Of a DNA stretch of 64,000 nucleotides, positions 9,801-20,734 are shown one piece after another (within the stretch, counting starts at the first letter, position 1; each line of letters opens with the position of its first letter). The notes beneath the pieces were generated by a model. The model was not told the origin of the DNA. It saw only the letters and a program-made list of their open reading frames with translations, and made no database searches. The translations under genes were made by a program, and so were the position numbers. The DNA comes from Asterias amurensis (lineage: Eukaryota): NCBI RefSeq assembly GCF_032118995.1, contig NC_092653.1, positions 7,251,031 to 7,315,030 on the forward strand. The letters are read 5' to 3'.

Positions 9801-11362
9801 TTTCACACAATATGTGCGTATGGTCCAGTACATGTAGCCCAAATAAACACGACTATGGATGACGATGAACGCGCCCAATAGCCCCCGAATTGGGCTTGGA
9901 TATCGCCCGATTATGGGATATCCTCAAAGAGGGCGCTATACAAATTATACAGCGCCCTCCTCCTTTTCTCTTTGTGACGGCGACGCGGCGGTCACAGGTT
10001 GGCTCATATTTTTCAACGGATCGTCTCAAAAAAGTTTGTCGTTTTGGAAGATCTTGAGGTGTTAGCTTCTGAGAAGGCAAGGAAACATTCATCGACTCGT
10101 AAGTAACCCTTTCGTAAATAAATTATATTAATTCAAACAGTGGATGTTCTCGTTTCATGGGAGTGTCGATCGCGCCACTTTGCTCAATTTTGAGCGACAT
10201 TTTTTTTCCAGGGGCGCGTCGCGACAAGTAACAAATTTTCAAACATGAGATCGCAGTTTTTAGACAATATTTTAATGAATCTTTATTGATTACAATAAAT
10301 CATATTTTACCAGATATTCTAGACGTGCTAAAAATGGAAAAAAGTGAGGTGATCTTGTATGAATTTCGGGTTAAATATCCAATCACTTGCCATGGTCCCA
10401 AAATTATTTTTATATTTTGATGATTTTTTCATCTCGTTTCCGTCTATAGAGGGCGCTGTAAAAGTACAATTTGCATGTTTGTTTTGGTTTCATTCAAAAG
10501 TTTTACTGAGTCATTTATGACTGAAAACAAAATTGCAATGGTACCTCACGGGTTCCCATGAAATTTGAAACAGGATTACTAACAATAACATGAATTTTTA
10601 ATTTAAAAATTTATAATTTGCAAAAACTATAGTAGAGTTGACCTGCACAGGAAATAAAATTACTCAAATAAAAAGTATTATTGATATATATTGGAGTGAA
10701 TGACCAGAGAGAACAGACCAAAGCCAAAGGTTTAGGCATTTTTTTATTTTTCAATTATAATATATCACTGTATCAAATGGTACAACATTATCTGTTCAGT
10801 TCCATTGTGTTGTTAAATTAAATGTTTTGGTCTGAAAATCGTCAAATGTGGTTTACTTTCTCACAGAAAAAACACTTTAAAAATGCCACTCTTTTCATGT
10901 CCTTGAATGTTCTTTCTTTCAATTCAATTCAATTCACTTTATTTCCAAATCCAAACAAATAAACAAAACAATTAGCAGTGAATAAAGAACTATGTTTTAC
11001 AAGCAAATGGAATAATGATAATACATGAAGTAATAATACAACATTTACAAGCAAAAGCAAAATATAAATTACGGAAAACAAAACAAAACCAAAACAGAGC
11101 ACAAGGTGATGGGGTTGTAGGGGCCCATAAAAAGCAATGCTTGTCGAGGATGGACCCCCCCCCCCTCCTTACGGAAGCAAACTAATAGGTGGAAAGAGCG
11201 AGTAAAATGTAGTGGCATAAAAAATCAGTTTACAAGAAGAAACAAACACAATACAGTAGGCGCTATTCTAAATAAATTCTAAGCAATAAATTAAGAGCTT
11301 AACATAAAACATCAACTAAACCATTTGTTTTTTTGCCCACAACTTTAATCCAGTATAGAAAG
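9801..11362. promoter_or_regulatory. Divergent promoter region between ALKBH4 (-) and LRWD1 (+). It contains a 9-bp inverted repeat GAGGGCGCT-N13-AGCGCCCTC at 9929-9959 and further copies of the (C)AGCGCCCTC / GAGGGCGCT(G) motif at 9574-9583 and 10448-10458
   Basis: Head-to-head gene arrangement; the motif recurs three times in about 900 bp (four half-sites); a candidate non-coding LRWD1 first exon ends at the donor GTAAGT at 10098. Confidence 0.45.
10000..10098 (+). other. LRWD1: Candidate non-coding 5' exon of LRWD1 (5' boundary and TSS unknown), spliced to the acceptor at 11352-11353 just upstream of the ATG
   Basis: Strong donor cgactcGTAAGT at 10099; a polypyrimidine tract plus AG (tttgtttttttgcccacaactttaatccAG) at 11353, 9 nt upstream of the start codon. 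Confidence 0.35.
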
Positions 11363-12388
11363 ATGTCAGAAAACGCTAACATCCCCGCTGACCCAACACC
11401 TACAGAGCCCGATCTGGTGCCCCCTGCTGAAGAAGCTGCACCCATTCTCCAAGTCGAGCCTGTCATTTCAGAGGAAGCTCCTGTCCCTGAAGACGATTCC
11501 ACTCCACAACTCCCGGCAGCAGTCGAGCCCGAGCAGACCCTTGACCTCATTCCAGAGGCCCAAGTCGAAAGCGTCCCAGTCCTTCAACCGGAATCAGTGC
11601 CTGAAATCCCAGCAGAGGCGATCCAGAATGCAGCGGAGCTAGCCCAGACCGTGACTTCAGAGAATGTTCTCCAGATCGCCCTTGAGGCGGTCCAAGCCGT
11701 CGCGGAAGCTGTACCCACAGAGGGCATTCCGGAGCAAGTTCCCCAGCTTGCCCCGCAACCCCCAGAAGCAGCCGAACCGACGGTCGAGCAAGTGATGTAT
11801 CCAGTCGCCGATCAGATTATTCCCGTTGAAATCATCAATGCTCCACAAGAGCAGCAAGAGGGAGAGCAAGTCGCTGAACCCGTCCTGGAGGCCGTCCTGG
11901 AACCCGTCATGGAATCTGCCCTGGAACCCGCCATGGAACCTGCCCTGGAACCTGCCATGGAACCTGCCATGGAACCTGTCCTGGAACCCGCCCTGGAACC
12001 CGCCTTGAACGAGGTGGCTCCTGAGCCCCAGGTCGAACAGACCCTAGCTGCCATGCCAACTCTAGAGCCACCATCCATTGTGCAACCCTACAATCCTCAA
12101 CACACCGCCCCGGCCATCTCTCCACCCAAGATCACATCCTACACGGCTGTTCACACGACGACCGGCATCATGCGTTACACCCCGGGGATAATGTCTGCCC
12201 TCGCTGGCAAGTATTCCAACAGCAGTCAGTTGGTGGAGCAGCTGGTACTCAACTGCGCTGGCTGTATCTCCCTGTCGGATATCCGCGTTCTGGACATGTC
12301 CAATCGAAAGATCATGAACCTTGACCCCGCTGTGTTTTCCCGGATGCCGGAGCTGGAAGAACTGGACATTTCCTTCAATAAAATAAAG
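11363..12388 (+). CDS. LRWD1: LRWD1 coding exon 1: a Pro/Glu/Ala-rich low-complexity N-terminus containing an (EPALEPAM)n repeat, then the first LRRs (LDMSNRKIMNLDPAVFSRMPELEELDISFNKIK)
   Basis: 1026-nt uninterrupted ORF from the ATG at 11363 (the annotated ORF start at 11333 is a non-ATG codon); donor GTACTA at 12389; the C-terminal about 50 aa match human LRWD1 LRR1-2 (LDLSGLELL...LDLSNNHLE). Confidence 0.7.
11875..12010 (+). repeat. Coding minisatellite inside LRWD1 exon 1: a 15-bp unit (ctggaacc[ct]gccatggaacc[tc]gcc), about 9 copies, encoding (L/M)EPA(L/M)EPA repeats
   Basis: Directly visible tandem periodicity; the alternate-frame ORFs WNPSWNLPWN and the antisense GSMAGS are by-products of it. 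Confidence 0.85.
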
Positions 12389-12678
12389 GTACTAAGAATA
12401 AATGCTCATTGTAACCCTTGGTGCGACTCTAATAAAATACTTTAAGGCAAGGTATACTTTTGGGAATTGTCAAAGACCACTTTCCTCACTTGGTGTATTC
12501 AACATATACAATACCTGTGAAAATTTGGGCTCAATTGGTCATCGGAAAAAATCCCCTTGTTGCATAGAATTATGTGCTTTCAGTTTGTTTTTTTAGATGC
12601 CTAAGAAACCTATTTAACTCCATGCACCATTTTGTTTGAAATTCTGAGGCCTCGAAATCAAATTCAAATATTTTAGTG

Positions 12679-12830
12679 AGAAATGACTTCTTTCTCGAAA
12701 ACGACGTTCTTCAGAGGGAGCCATTTCTCACAATGTTTTATACTATCAACATCTCTCCATTGATTGCTACCAATTAAGTTTTTGTGCTAACAATTATTTT
12801 GAGTATTTCCAGTGCCTTTGCAATGGTTAC
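12679..12830. mobile_element. Partial copy of the GACACTATTGGTAAT-TIR MITE family (LRWD1 intron 1)
   Basis: Shares the internal ...ttctttctcgaaaac...gagccatttctcacaatgttttatactatcaac...attattttgagta sequence with the copies listed below. Confidence 0.6.
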
Positions 12831-12915
12831 TAAGCCTCAATATCCTTCACTGGAAGGAATTGGGACGGTAAGGTCCTTCGTTATAATTATAAGAGCCATT
12901 GTTTTTTCAAACCAG

Positions 12916-13047
12916 GGTTTTCCAACGCAGCTTGGCCTGAGGAAGCTGAGATACCTGAACCTCAAGAAGAACTCCCTCAAGAGTGTCTTGACACTGGAGC
13001 AGTTCCCCAACCTGGAGGAACTCAATATTGACGAGAATGACCTGAAC
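12916..13047 (+). CDS. LRWD1: LRWD1 exon 2 (GFPTQLGLRKLRYLNLKKNSLKSVLTLEQFPNLEELNIDENDLN), LRRs
   Basis: Matches human TLPDNLGLSHLRVLRCANNQLGDVTALCQFPKLEELSLEGNPF; donor GTAAGT at 13048; an alternative in-frame acceptor lies at 12930. Confidence 0.7.
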
Positions 13048-13713
13048 GTAAGTAGGATTTCAAGCAACCTCAATTCTGGGGGTGATAGACCTCGCAGTGC
13101 CAGTTTATCCCAGTAGGCAACTCGCTTAAAACCCCGGGAATTGGTTCAATTTTTCTGACATCTGGAACATCTTAAGTTATGCCTTTTGCCAATCCACTCA
13201 AGTATGGTAGTCTGCAAAACAGGCATCAAGTCAAAGAGCGACTGGTCTCCTGAGTTTTTCTTTGATTGTTGAAGTGCGAGATTTTATGTCCTCACCTTAA
13301 AGCGATTTCTGTTGGACCCCCAGAGTTCTGCAAAATGTTTCAATGCGAGTGAGGCTTTCACAGTTTATCACAAACAATACATTCCATTTTGTTTGGGCAG
13401 AAGGACCATTTCTTCCAAGGAAATCTTATCCCATACTGAGAAATGTTCATCATTTGAATATTGATCTCTGGGCCTGATAATAAACCATGTTTGACTATTG
13501 TTATTTTTTATTCGGTCAAGATTTAAACAAACATTACAAGATACAATATTACCGATAAAATATAACAGTACAAGAAACAACGAAAGTATACTTTTAAAAT
13601 CTTGGGACACCTTGAACAATATAAAACGAATGTTGAAATGGAAACGGAACACTGGTAGATTCAAAGAAGGAAAAACAAAACCGTATAATTTCTGTTTAAT
13701 TTCTCATGTGTAG

Positions 13714-13827
13714 CCCCCTGATCAGTACATAGCTGTGTACCTGCTACCCAAGCTGAAGAAACTCAATGGTAAAGATGTGGACATCCGGGACACCATTCAG
13801 ACAATGGAGGACACCCTAAGGTCAAAG
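13714..13827 (+). CDS. LRWD1: LRWD1 exon 3 (PPDQYIAVYLLPKLKKLNGKDVDIRDTIQTMEDTLRSK), LRR cap
   Basis: Matches human LKVSFLLPTLRKVNGKDASS; acceptor tgtgtAG and donor GTAAGA. Confidence 0.75.
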
Positions 13828-14157
13828 GTAAGATAATTAGGAGTATGTGAGGTCGTTTGGTGTTAATCCTCATCCAATTTCAATGTCCTTTCCAAAAACA
13901 CCAATTTCAACCAAGTTGGCCCAGTCGTTACTGATTGATGGTAAGTTGAATATCAGCGGTTGCGCTATCATCTGATCACCTCCACTCGCACATTTGTACC
14001 GAAACCAGCGAGAAAGAGCATGCTGTAGCGTAAAAGACGTTAATCGGATAGAGCTTAACTTTAATTTGAGCTTGTTAAGCCAAAATTACCTTTATCCATA
14101 AAGAAGACAACACCTCATTTCAACATCAACAAATGTATATGTCTTTTTCCGTTGTAG

Positions 14158-14310
14158 ATGTTGAAGATCTGGGAGGAGGAGTATGCTGCTCGGAACGAGA
14201 TGCCCCTCAACAAGGCCGAGACGAGATCACTGGAGACGGAGTTTGTTGAACGCCTCAAGGAGTCCATCCAGTACGGACCAGGCTCCCTGGTGGAATTCAC
14301 TCATCACATG
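14158..14310 (+). CDS. LRWD1: LRWD1 exon 4 (MLKIWEEEYAARNEMPLNKAETRSLETEFVERLKESIQYGPGSLVEFTHHM)
   Basis: Matches human ...ADFVKSAVRDVRYGPESLSEFTQW; acceptor gttgtAG and donor GTGAGT. Confidence 0.8.
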
Positions 14311-14732
14311 GTGAGTCAGAGTTTCCTGACGATGCCCATAGCAGGCTCAATGAAAATGACCCCCTCAATTTTCTATCCTCTGCCAAGGTAGTAGTTTATA
14401 AGGAGGACAGTTCTTTTCAGAACTGGAAAAGTTTCCAAACAAATTTGAAAATGGAAGTAGAGAAGTCTCCCAAAATGTACTCCGCAGTTGTAAAATAAAA
14501 ATGTTGAGTCAGACAAGTTCTCAAAAGGAATATAATCTACCCAGCAAGAAGATAAACACACGGTGTTTCCTTGTCATCTTTAACTTGGATCTTTACAAAA
14601 TCAATCAATTACAAAATATCATGAATAAGATTGTAAAAATTAGCTCCGAACAAATTGTCCCTCTACAGTTTATTTTAGTTGTTTGTTGCATCGGATTTAA
14701 GAAAGTGCGCTTCTTTTGTGTACATTTTACAG

Positions 14733-15413
14733 CTGTCGGTACTTGCGGAGAAGCACGTAACCACGCAGACTGCCTACTGGCGCAAGACGGTTCCCGAACT
14801 CATCTCCACTTCAAATCAGAGCCCGTCCGCCAGCAAGATCAGCATCAAACTGCCCATTAAAGCCGAGTCCCCTACGCCAGACGACGTGGAGAAGCCACAG
14901 GGAACTTCAAACTCTCTCGCAGCGAGCCTAGAGGCGGCCGTCAAGGAATCGGACGCAGAGTTGGCAGGCGAAGCCGGACAGGAGACCCCCATGGATGAAA
15001 ATGACGCTCCAGAGGCACCGGCTGACACCCCTGCAACACCAAAGCAGAATTCCCCAGCCCAGGCCGTGACTAAATCTCCAAGGAAGATAACCGTGGTTGC
15101 CGCGGGGAGTAAAAGTCCCGCAAAGACCCCGACGAAAGCCACAACGTTGAAGAGGGCTGCACCCTCTGAAACTAATGCTACGAATGGAGACGAACCAAAT
15201 GCGAAGAAGGCTAAAGAAGGTGACGAGGAGGAGGCGGTCGTTAAGAAAAAGAGGGGCAGGCCGATCGGTTCGGGAGGCAAGTACACCAAGAAAGACCCTG
15301 CTAAGCCAAAGGCCATCAAGACGGAGCCTAAATCAGAGTCTAGAGTCAGGGCAGCCTCTGCTAAGCTAGCCGCTAGTGTTACAAGTGTTAGTAGTGATGC
15401 CAAGAAAGAAAAG
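14733..15413 (+). CDS. LRWD1: LRWD1 exon 5: 227-aa basic/Ser-Thr-Pro-rich linker containing KSPAKTPTK and the AT-hook KKKRGRPIGSGGK
   Basis: Acceptor tttacAG and donor GTAAAA; corresponds to the disordered linker of human LRWD1 (VRMISEELVAASRTQ...); the frame is continuous with its flanking exons. Confidence 0.75.
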
Positions 15414-16059
15414 GTAAAATACAGAGTTTTGGTTGTTTCGAGTTTAAAGACTTCTTGACTGATTTGGGGGGTTTTACCCAAACAATTGGGCTAAGTTTCC
15501 AAACGCTATTATCCCCTTGAAGTTATTGTCTGACAGCATAAACCAAAAGCCATTAAGTTTGGCAAATGAATGTTCAAGTTCATGGTTTTTGTTTCCTCTG
15601 TAAAAACAACCTTATTTTTGTTACCATCATTAGATAAGTGATGATTTTTTGTACTCGGGATGTGGTGCTATTTGTGTGGAAGCTTGGTGTGCTAAAGTCA
15701 CCAATGGTAAAGAAGAGGGGTACGAGTGCAGTCGATGTGTATTGCCCAGCACCTTGAGGAAAGGGTTGCTTGTAAATCATTGCTGTGATGTACATTGTTG
15801 AAATGTATCGGACATTAACCTTACATAGTTAAGCTCTAAAATTGCATCTTTGTGAGGGCAAAGACTTTTTTTTGGTAAAGGACACTTCCATTGAAAAATT
15901 TCAAAGTATTTGGAAAAAGTTTGACGGACACCAATGCCAAGGCAGTGGCTTCTGTGCAACTCCAGGTATAAAATGTATCTAGCGGGAACGATGTAGCTAC
16001 ACATTTTTTATAAACCTCATTTTTTTTTATAAACCTGAACTATTTTTTTGAACTTACAG

Positions 16060-16180
16060 AAAGTGTCGAGTGGATACGAGGTGATTCACATGCTCCGATG
16101 CCACTCCATGGAGAATGACCCGACTGATGCCAAGACCAACGTCTGGAAATGTGCATTCGAGCCTAGCCTAGAGAAACCAG
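16060..16180 (+). CDS. LRWD1: LRWD1 exon 6 (KVSSGYEVIHMLRCHSMENDPTDAKTNVWKCAFEPSLEKP), start of the WD40 domain
   Basis: Matches human LHFLQCHSKNNSPQDLETQLWACAFEPAWEEG; acceptor cttacAG and donor GTCAGT. Confidence 0.85.
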
Positions 16181-16375
16181 GTCAGTATGGCACACCTTTA
16201 TAACTAGAACTGGGAGTCCCCTTTAGGCTTCTGGAAGATTGAGTAAAAACTTTCACAGATTTGTTTTTTGATGCAGTGTCCAGTGCCTTTGACTTGACAG
16301 TTATACCTCTGTAACCCTAACCCTAAAAATCTTAAACTCGTCCATCTTGCTAACTATCTTCTCTTATTCCTATAG

Positions 16376-16482
16376 GTACAAGTAAGTGGACGGTAGCCTC
16401 TTGCGGAGGCAACACGGTGTGTGTCATTGACTGCAGTACAGGGAAAGTGCTCAAGAAATACCAGCATGCTAAAGACAAGGAG
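16376..16482 (+). CDS. LRWD1: LRWD1 exon 7 (GTSKWTVASCGGNTVCVIDCSTGKVLKKYQHAKDKE)
   Basis: Matches human ATSQTVATCGGEAVCVIDCQTGIVLHKYKAPGEE. Confidence 0.85.
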
Positions 16483-17098
16483 GTAGGTCTTATATCATCT
16501 CATAAGGGAGCGTCTCAAAAGTCCGAACTGTAGGAACGTTCTTTTTGGATCGCAAGAGTATCCCCGCCGCTTTACTTGGACCGGTCCTTTGGACCGCCAG
16601 AGCGATCTTTTGGATCGTTCCAAATGCGTCCAATGCGTGACCGCGTCCAATCTCATGTTAGAACGTTCCTAATGTCATGATGTTGCGATCCTGCGGGCAT
16701 ATGCCCGCAGGAACGTTCTTTTGCGCTAGGAACGTGCCCGACTTTTGAGACGCTCCCTAACAAGCATAAGTTCCAATACAAATTTACAATTTTCTCATAG
16801 AAATCCCCCTTCTAAGAGGAAAGCTGCGTTGCCTCTTTAAAACTGGTCCCTCCTTTTTGCAACTCCCTCAATACACAGCTCTGAGTTGTGCCAAACAGAG
16901 CACATGACCCGAAACATTAAGAACAAACTCGCTGAGAACCATCAAGCTTTTCTTCTAAGAATATTGAAGAAAAGATTCAGTATTCTCTCAAGAAAGGAGA
17001 AAAGTATCCCCCAGTAACCAGAATTCAATAATCATGATCAATGATCGATCGACTCATAAAATACTCGTAAATTATCTGTTGATTTCTCGTCTGACTAG

Positions 17099-17312
17099 GA
17101 GTTCTACTGCGTTGCATGGACCACCATCCCGATGGAAGCAGACGAGGAGGGAGCTGAGAAATGTAACATCCTGGCCGTAGCGGGCACCAGGGGCAGCGTC
17201 AAGCTCCTACACACCAGCCAGCTACTATGCTACTCAGAGATCAAGGGAGACAGGCGTCCGAGACCCATCAATTCACTGCTGTTCCATCCGGTTAACTCAA
17301 CCTGGCTCATGT
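17099..17312 (+). CDS. LRWD1: LRWD1 exon 8 (EFYCVAWTTIPMEADEEGAEKCNILAVAGTRGSVKLLHTSQLLCYSEIKGDRRPRPINSLLFHPVNSTWLM)
   Basis: Matches human EFFSVAWTAL...SVLAAAGLRGLVRLLHV...FSPAHETHL; donor GTGAGT at 17313. Confidence 0.85.
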
Positions 17313-17379
17313 GTGAGTTTTCAGATTGGTTTAATTTCGTTTTATTTATTCTTCTTCTTCCTTTCTGGTTGTGCAGCCT

Positions 17380-17530
17380 TCATGATTGAAGATAAACACA
17401 CTGCCAGACACACCGTGGCAAACCCCTTTTCATGATTGAAGATAAACACACTGCCAGACACACCGTGGCAAACCCCTTTTCATTATTGAAGATAAACAAA
17501 CTGCCAGACACACCGTGGCAAACCCCCTTT
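17380..17530. repeat. 50-bp tandem repeat x3 (catgattgaagataaacacactgccagacacaccgtggcaaacccctttt) in LRWD1 intron 8
   Basis: Three near-identical consecutive units. Confidence 0.85.
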
Positions 17531-17779
17531 TCTTTGCAATAAGTGTGTACTGGTTTTTTGGACAAAGAACTAAGCAATGGTTAAAAGGACACAGTGTTAC
17601 GGCTGGGACTTGAGCCCTCTGCTTGCTGATCAAAAACACCAGAGCTTGAGTTCAGTACTCTTATCACATGGGCCACGACACCCCTGGTTGTGAATTTGAA
17701 AGACTATCAGAAAAACAATTAATCACCGCACTAGCCAGGGACCCAAATGGAGAGAAGACAAGGAAGGAAGTTTCAGTCT

Positions 17780-17935
17780 TAGATGTGGGAGGAAAATCTC
17801 AGAGGATTATTCCAGGGAAAAGGCCCACGCAGTCAAGTAGGGACTGAAAACCCAATCCACATAGTGCCCAATGCAATTCAAAATGGGGTTTTATAGGTTG
17901 AAAGTGAGGAAAGAAACCACTCTGCCAACCTGATT
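17780..17935 (-). mobile_element. tRNA-derived SINE, family A copy (diverged)
   Basis: Homologous to 2215-2360. Confidence 0.45.
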
Positions 17936-18110
17936 ACCCTAATGGTTATTAAGTTAATCCTGCAACTTTCAATTACATTTGTTAGTTGACAGCGAATTGG
18001 AAATCATCCAACTGCATTGGTTGCATTGGATAGTACAACTGCGCACAGAAACACAACAACAAGATAACAACATGAAAAATGATTTTTACTTCTTATCGTT
18101 TGTTTTCCAG

Positions 18111-18180
18111 GTGGGTCAGAAGACATCATCATCTGGGACATTGGAATTCCAGAGGGGCCAGACTATAAATGCAAAACAAA
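18111..18180 (+). CDS. LRWD1: LRWD1 exon 9 (CGSEDIIIWDIGIPEGPDYKCKT)
   Basis: Matches human YDKRIILWDIGVPNQDYEFQ; acceptor ttttccAG and donor GTAAGT. Confidence 0.85.
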
Positions 18181-18346
18181 GTAAGTAGACAGGTAGCTTT
18201 TAACTATCATTATCTTTAACCGTGTAATTTTATTGTAAAATTGTGGACGTTTGTGTTTTGTGTCGTACAACAAGTATCCAAACCCTTTAAACTTTGCAAA
18301 GCCACGTCTTCATTTGTGTTTTCCCTTCTGTTTTTAATCTTTGCAG

Positions 18347-18487
18347 AAAGATGTATCACCTGGCCGCCCCCGGTCGTGTGCTCGGCCTTGTTGCCTTGCC
18401 GTCAACTGACTTCATACTGGCAGGATGTGAAAACGGTTGCTACGGATGGAGGATAGATAACAAACAACCCTTCGGCAAGAAGGGAAG
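18347..18487 (+). CDS. LRWD1: LRWD1 exon 10 (KMYHLAAPGRVLGLVALPSTDFILAGCENGCYGWRIDNKQPFGKKG)
   Basis: Matches human ...ARLLAGCEGGCCCWDVRLDQPQKRR; acceptor tttgcAG and donor GTAAAA. Confidence 0.8.
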
Positions 18488-18989
18488 GTAAAAATTCTCT
18501 GCCACGTCTTTGAGCCGGCGGAAACGCTACTACGTACCACAGAGCTCAATACACTACACCCCAAATACTGAATATTTTTTATATCGAAAAACCTATGAAT
18601 AAACTTGATTTATTACAATCGATTTGAATCTATTGTGCTGTTTAGTCATGCGTGCATGAAGTTTGCATATCTCGACCAAATAAGGGAATTTACACTGGAG
18701 TGTTGGGTATTCGAAACTGGGTATGGATTGCGCCTCGTTGTATAAAAAGTATGGATCCCTAGAACGGTCATGATTTGTTAAAAATAGATACCATCATAAG
18801 AACCAAATAAATATATTCACATCAAATTACCAAAGTTATATCAACTGAAAATGCATGCGCAACAGATGAATATCAAATCACATCACAATGAAAGTAAGCC
18901 TTATTTCTCATTTCATAAAAAAAAAAAAACAGAATTCCAATTTTCAGGATTTGATGTTCATAAGTAGTTTTCCCGATTGGTCTTTGCAG

Positions 18990-19120
18990 AGCACACAGCG
19001 TGGAGTTTCTTCTGCCGAGTAAAGCGCGTCTCGCCGAAGCCATCAAAGGTGATGAAGAGGAGGAGGAAGGGGAGGGCGATATGATAGATGGACTGGCTCT
19101 ACTCAACGATAAACTAGTCG
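18990..19120 (+). CDS. LRWD1: LRWD1 exon 11 (RAHSVEFLLPSKARLAEAIKGDEEEEEGEGDMIDGLALLNDKLV)
   Basis: Matches human VEFVFSEGSEASGRRVDGLAFVNEDIV; acceptor tttgcAG and donor GTAAGA. Confidence 0.8.
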
Positions 19121-19928
19121 GTAAGAGACATCGTGGACCAATGGGAGACTTTTTATGTATTTTTTTGTATGCAAGTTTGCCCCAGACAAGGCTGAAAGTC
19201 ACTCTTGGTTGGGGCTACAAGACGAAACATTATTTAAAGTGTATATAGCTCAGGGGAGCTGAAGGTAGTAATTCCTCTCAAACCAGTCTAACTGTAGGAT
19301 GGAGGGAAACATGAACCAGGCGAGGAGTCCCAGTACATGGAATAAAGCTATTGGAATTGCTCCTTGTTCTACATCCCAGCAAAGCAAGAGTGCATGGATG
19401 AGAAGAAGCAGAAAGTCTGGTTTCACACTCAAACTTCTGATATAGTGGATGCCTGTACCAATAAGGAAATCAAGGCACTTGAACAAGCATAACAATTTTG
19501 AGACGGTTTTTGAGTAATGAGACCAGTTAATGTAGCACAAGGTGCTGTGGTGCATTCAACAGCCACTTCCCTGCTGTGCAATCTTGAGCATCCTAACTGG
19601 TTTTATCTTGATATTTTTTTTTCGGATTTGATCTAAAGTAGCAATTTGCTGATTATTTTGTTTGGCATATTATTGGCCGCAATTCGCACGTATCGGCCTG
19701 ATACGCTTAGCTTGTGCATGGGGATATAACCAGGAGTGCGTGTTGGCGACCCCAACCAAAAGCTGTTTCTGACGTCATAACCAATACGGTAACCGAGCTC
19801 ACAACTCGGTTATCGTTCAGTCTGAACAGCAGAACCAACGACCAACAACCGAAACAGTTTTTGGTTGGGGTTCCCCAAACTGCACTCCATGTCCGAGTGT
19901 TACTAAACGCACTTCATTTCCATTGCAG

Positions 19929-20084
19929 CCAGTAAAGTCGCATGTGACGGAGCGATTCACGTATGGAACCTCGTTGATGCTCACAAGAAGAAACCAGTCA
20001 ACAAAGAGGTAGCTGTTACACCTCAGTGCACACTGAAATGGTGTGACTCGGACAGTGTGTATCTAGATATCGGAACATGGCAAG
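19929..20084 (+). CDS. LRWD1: LRWD1 exon 12 (ASKVACDGAIHVWNLVDAHKKKPVNKEVAVTPQCTLKWCDSDSVYLDIGTWQ)
   Basis: Matches human ASKGSGLGTICLWSW... WD repeat; acceptor cattgcAG and donor GTAGGT. Confidence 0.8.
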
Positions 20085-20734
20085 GTAGGTGGCATAATAA
20101 TAGTTGATTCTTAAATAGCGCTCATATTCGTCACTCAGTGACGCTCAAGGCGCTTTAACATACAGTATTTTCCTGCAAGGTATGGTGGACTACGTTTGAG
20201 TTATGAGACCTACTCCTTTTTACATAGCACCATGTAGTGGTTTACATGGTGCGGTAGTGCAACATGCTGCCAATTAGCCCTACTGCCAATTGAACCAGGA
20301 GCACCGGGGTGGACCCCTTCTCTTTTCGATAAGTGCACTGGGTTCTTTTACATGCCTTACACAACACACGGGACCAACGGCTTAACATCAAATCGGAAGA
20401 ATGAAGCAAGAAAGGTAAAGTGTCTTGCCTAAGGACACAGGTGTCAAGGCCGGGGCTTGAACCAACTCTCTGCTGATCAGAAGCACCATAGCTTCCAGAG
20501 TCCAGTGCACTTTAACACTCGGCCACGACACACCTTTACAATTCTCTCTCACAAAATTTCATGCAGTGGAAATATTGTCAACATGAAAACACACTATTTT
20601 CTAATCTACAACAAAGAGTACTGCTGTACAAATAGAGCTGTTAAACAGAATAAATGGAATAATGTTAAAAAAATGAATTACATTCTATTGAATCGGGCAA
20701 GGGTTTATCTATTTCTTCTTTCTACTCCTTTCAG

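Noticed and set aside
11812-12125. ORFs 11812-12078 (-), 11907-12125 (-) and 11826-12008 (+) with GSMAGS / PGQVPW / WNPSWNLPWN repeats
   Set aside because: These are alternate-frame and antisense readings of the 15-bp coding minisatellite in LRWD1 exon 1. The periodic repeat keeps every frame open.
14816-15481. 221-aa ORF on the minus strand overlapping LRWD1 exon 5
   Set aside because: It is the antisense frame of a GC-rich, low-complexity coding exon (Ala/Ser/Gly-rich read-through); it has no homology or splice context, and the sense strand is clearly the conserved LRWD1 linker.
17132-17389. ORF 17132-17389 read-through (…STWLMCEFSDWFNFVLF…) as an unspliced LRWD1 isoform
   Set aside because: The canonical GTGAGT donor at 17313 and the perfectly phased, conserved continuation GSEDIIIWDIG at 18111 show that the extension is intronic read-through.
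19250-19555. 101-aa ORF on the minus strand inside an LRWD1 intron
   Set aside because: No homology signal and hydrophobic low-complexity composition; it lies in the intron between LRWD1 exons 11 and 12; chance ORF.
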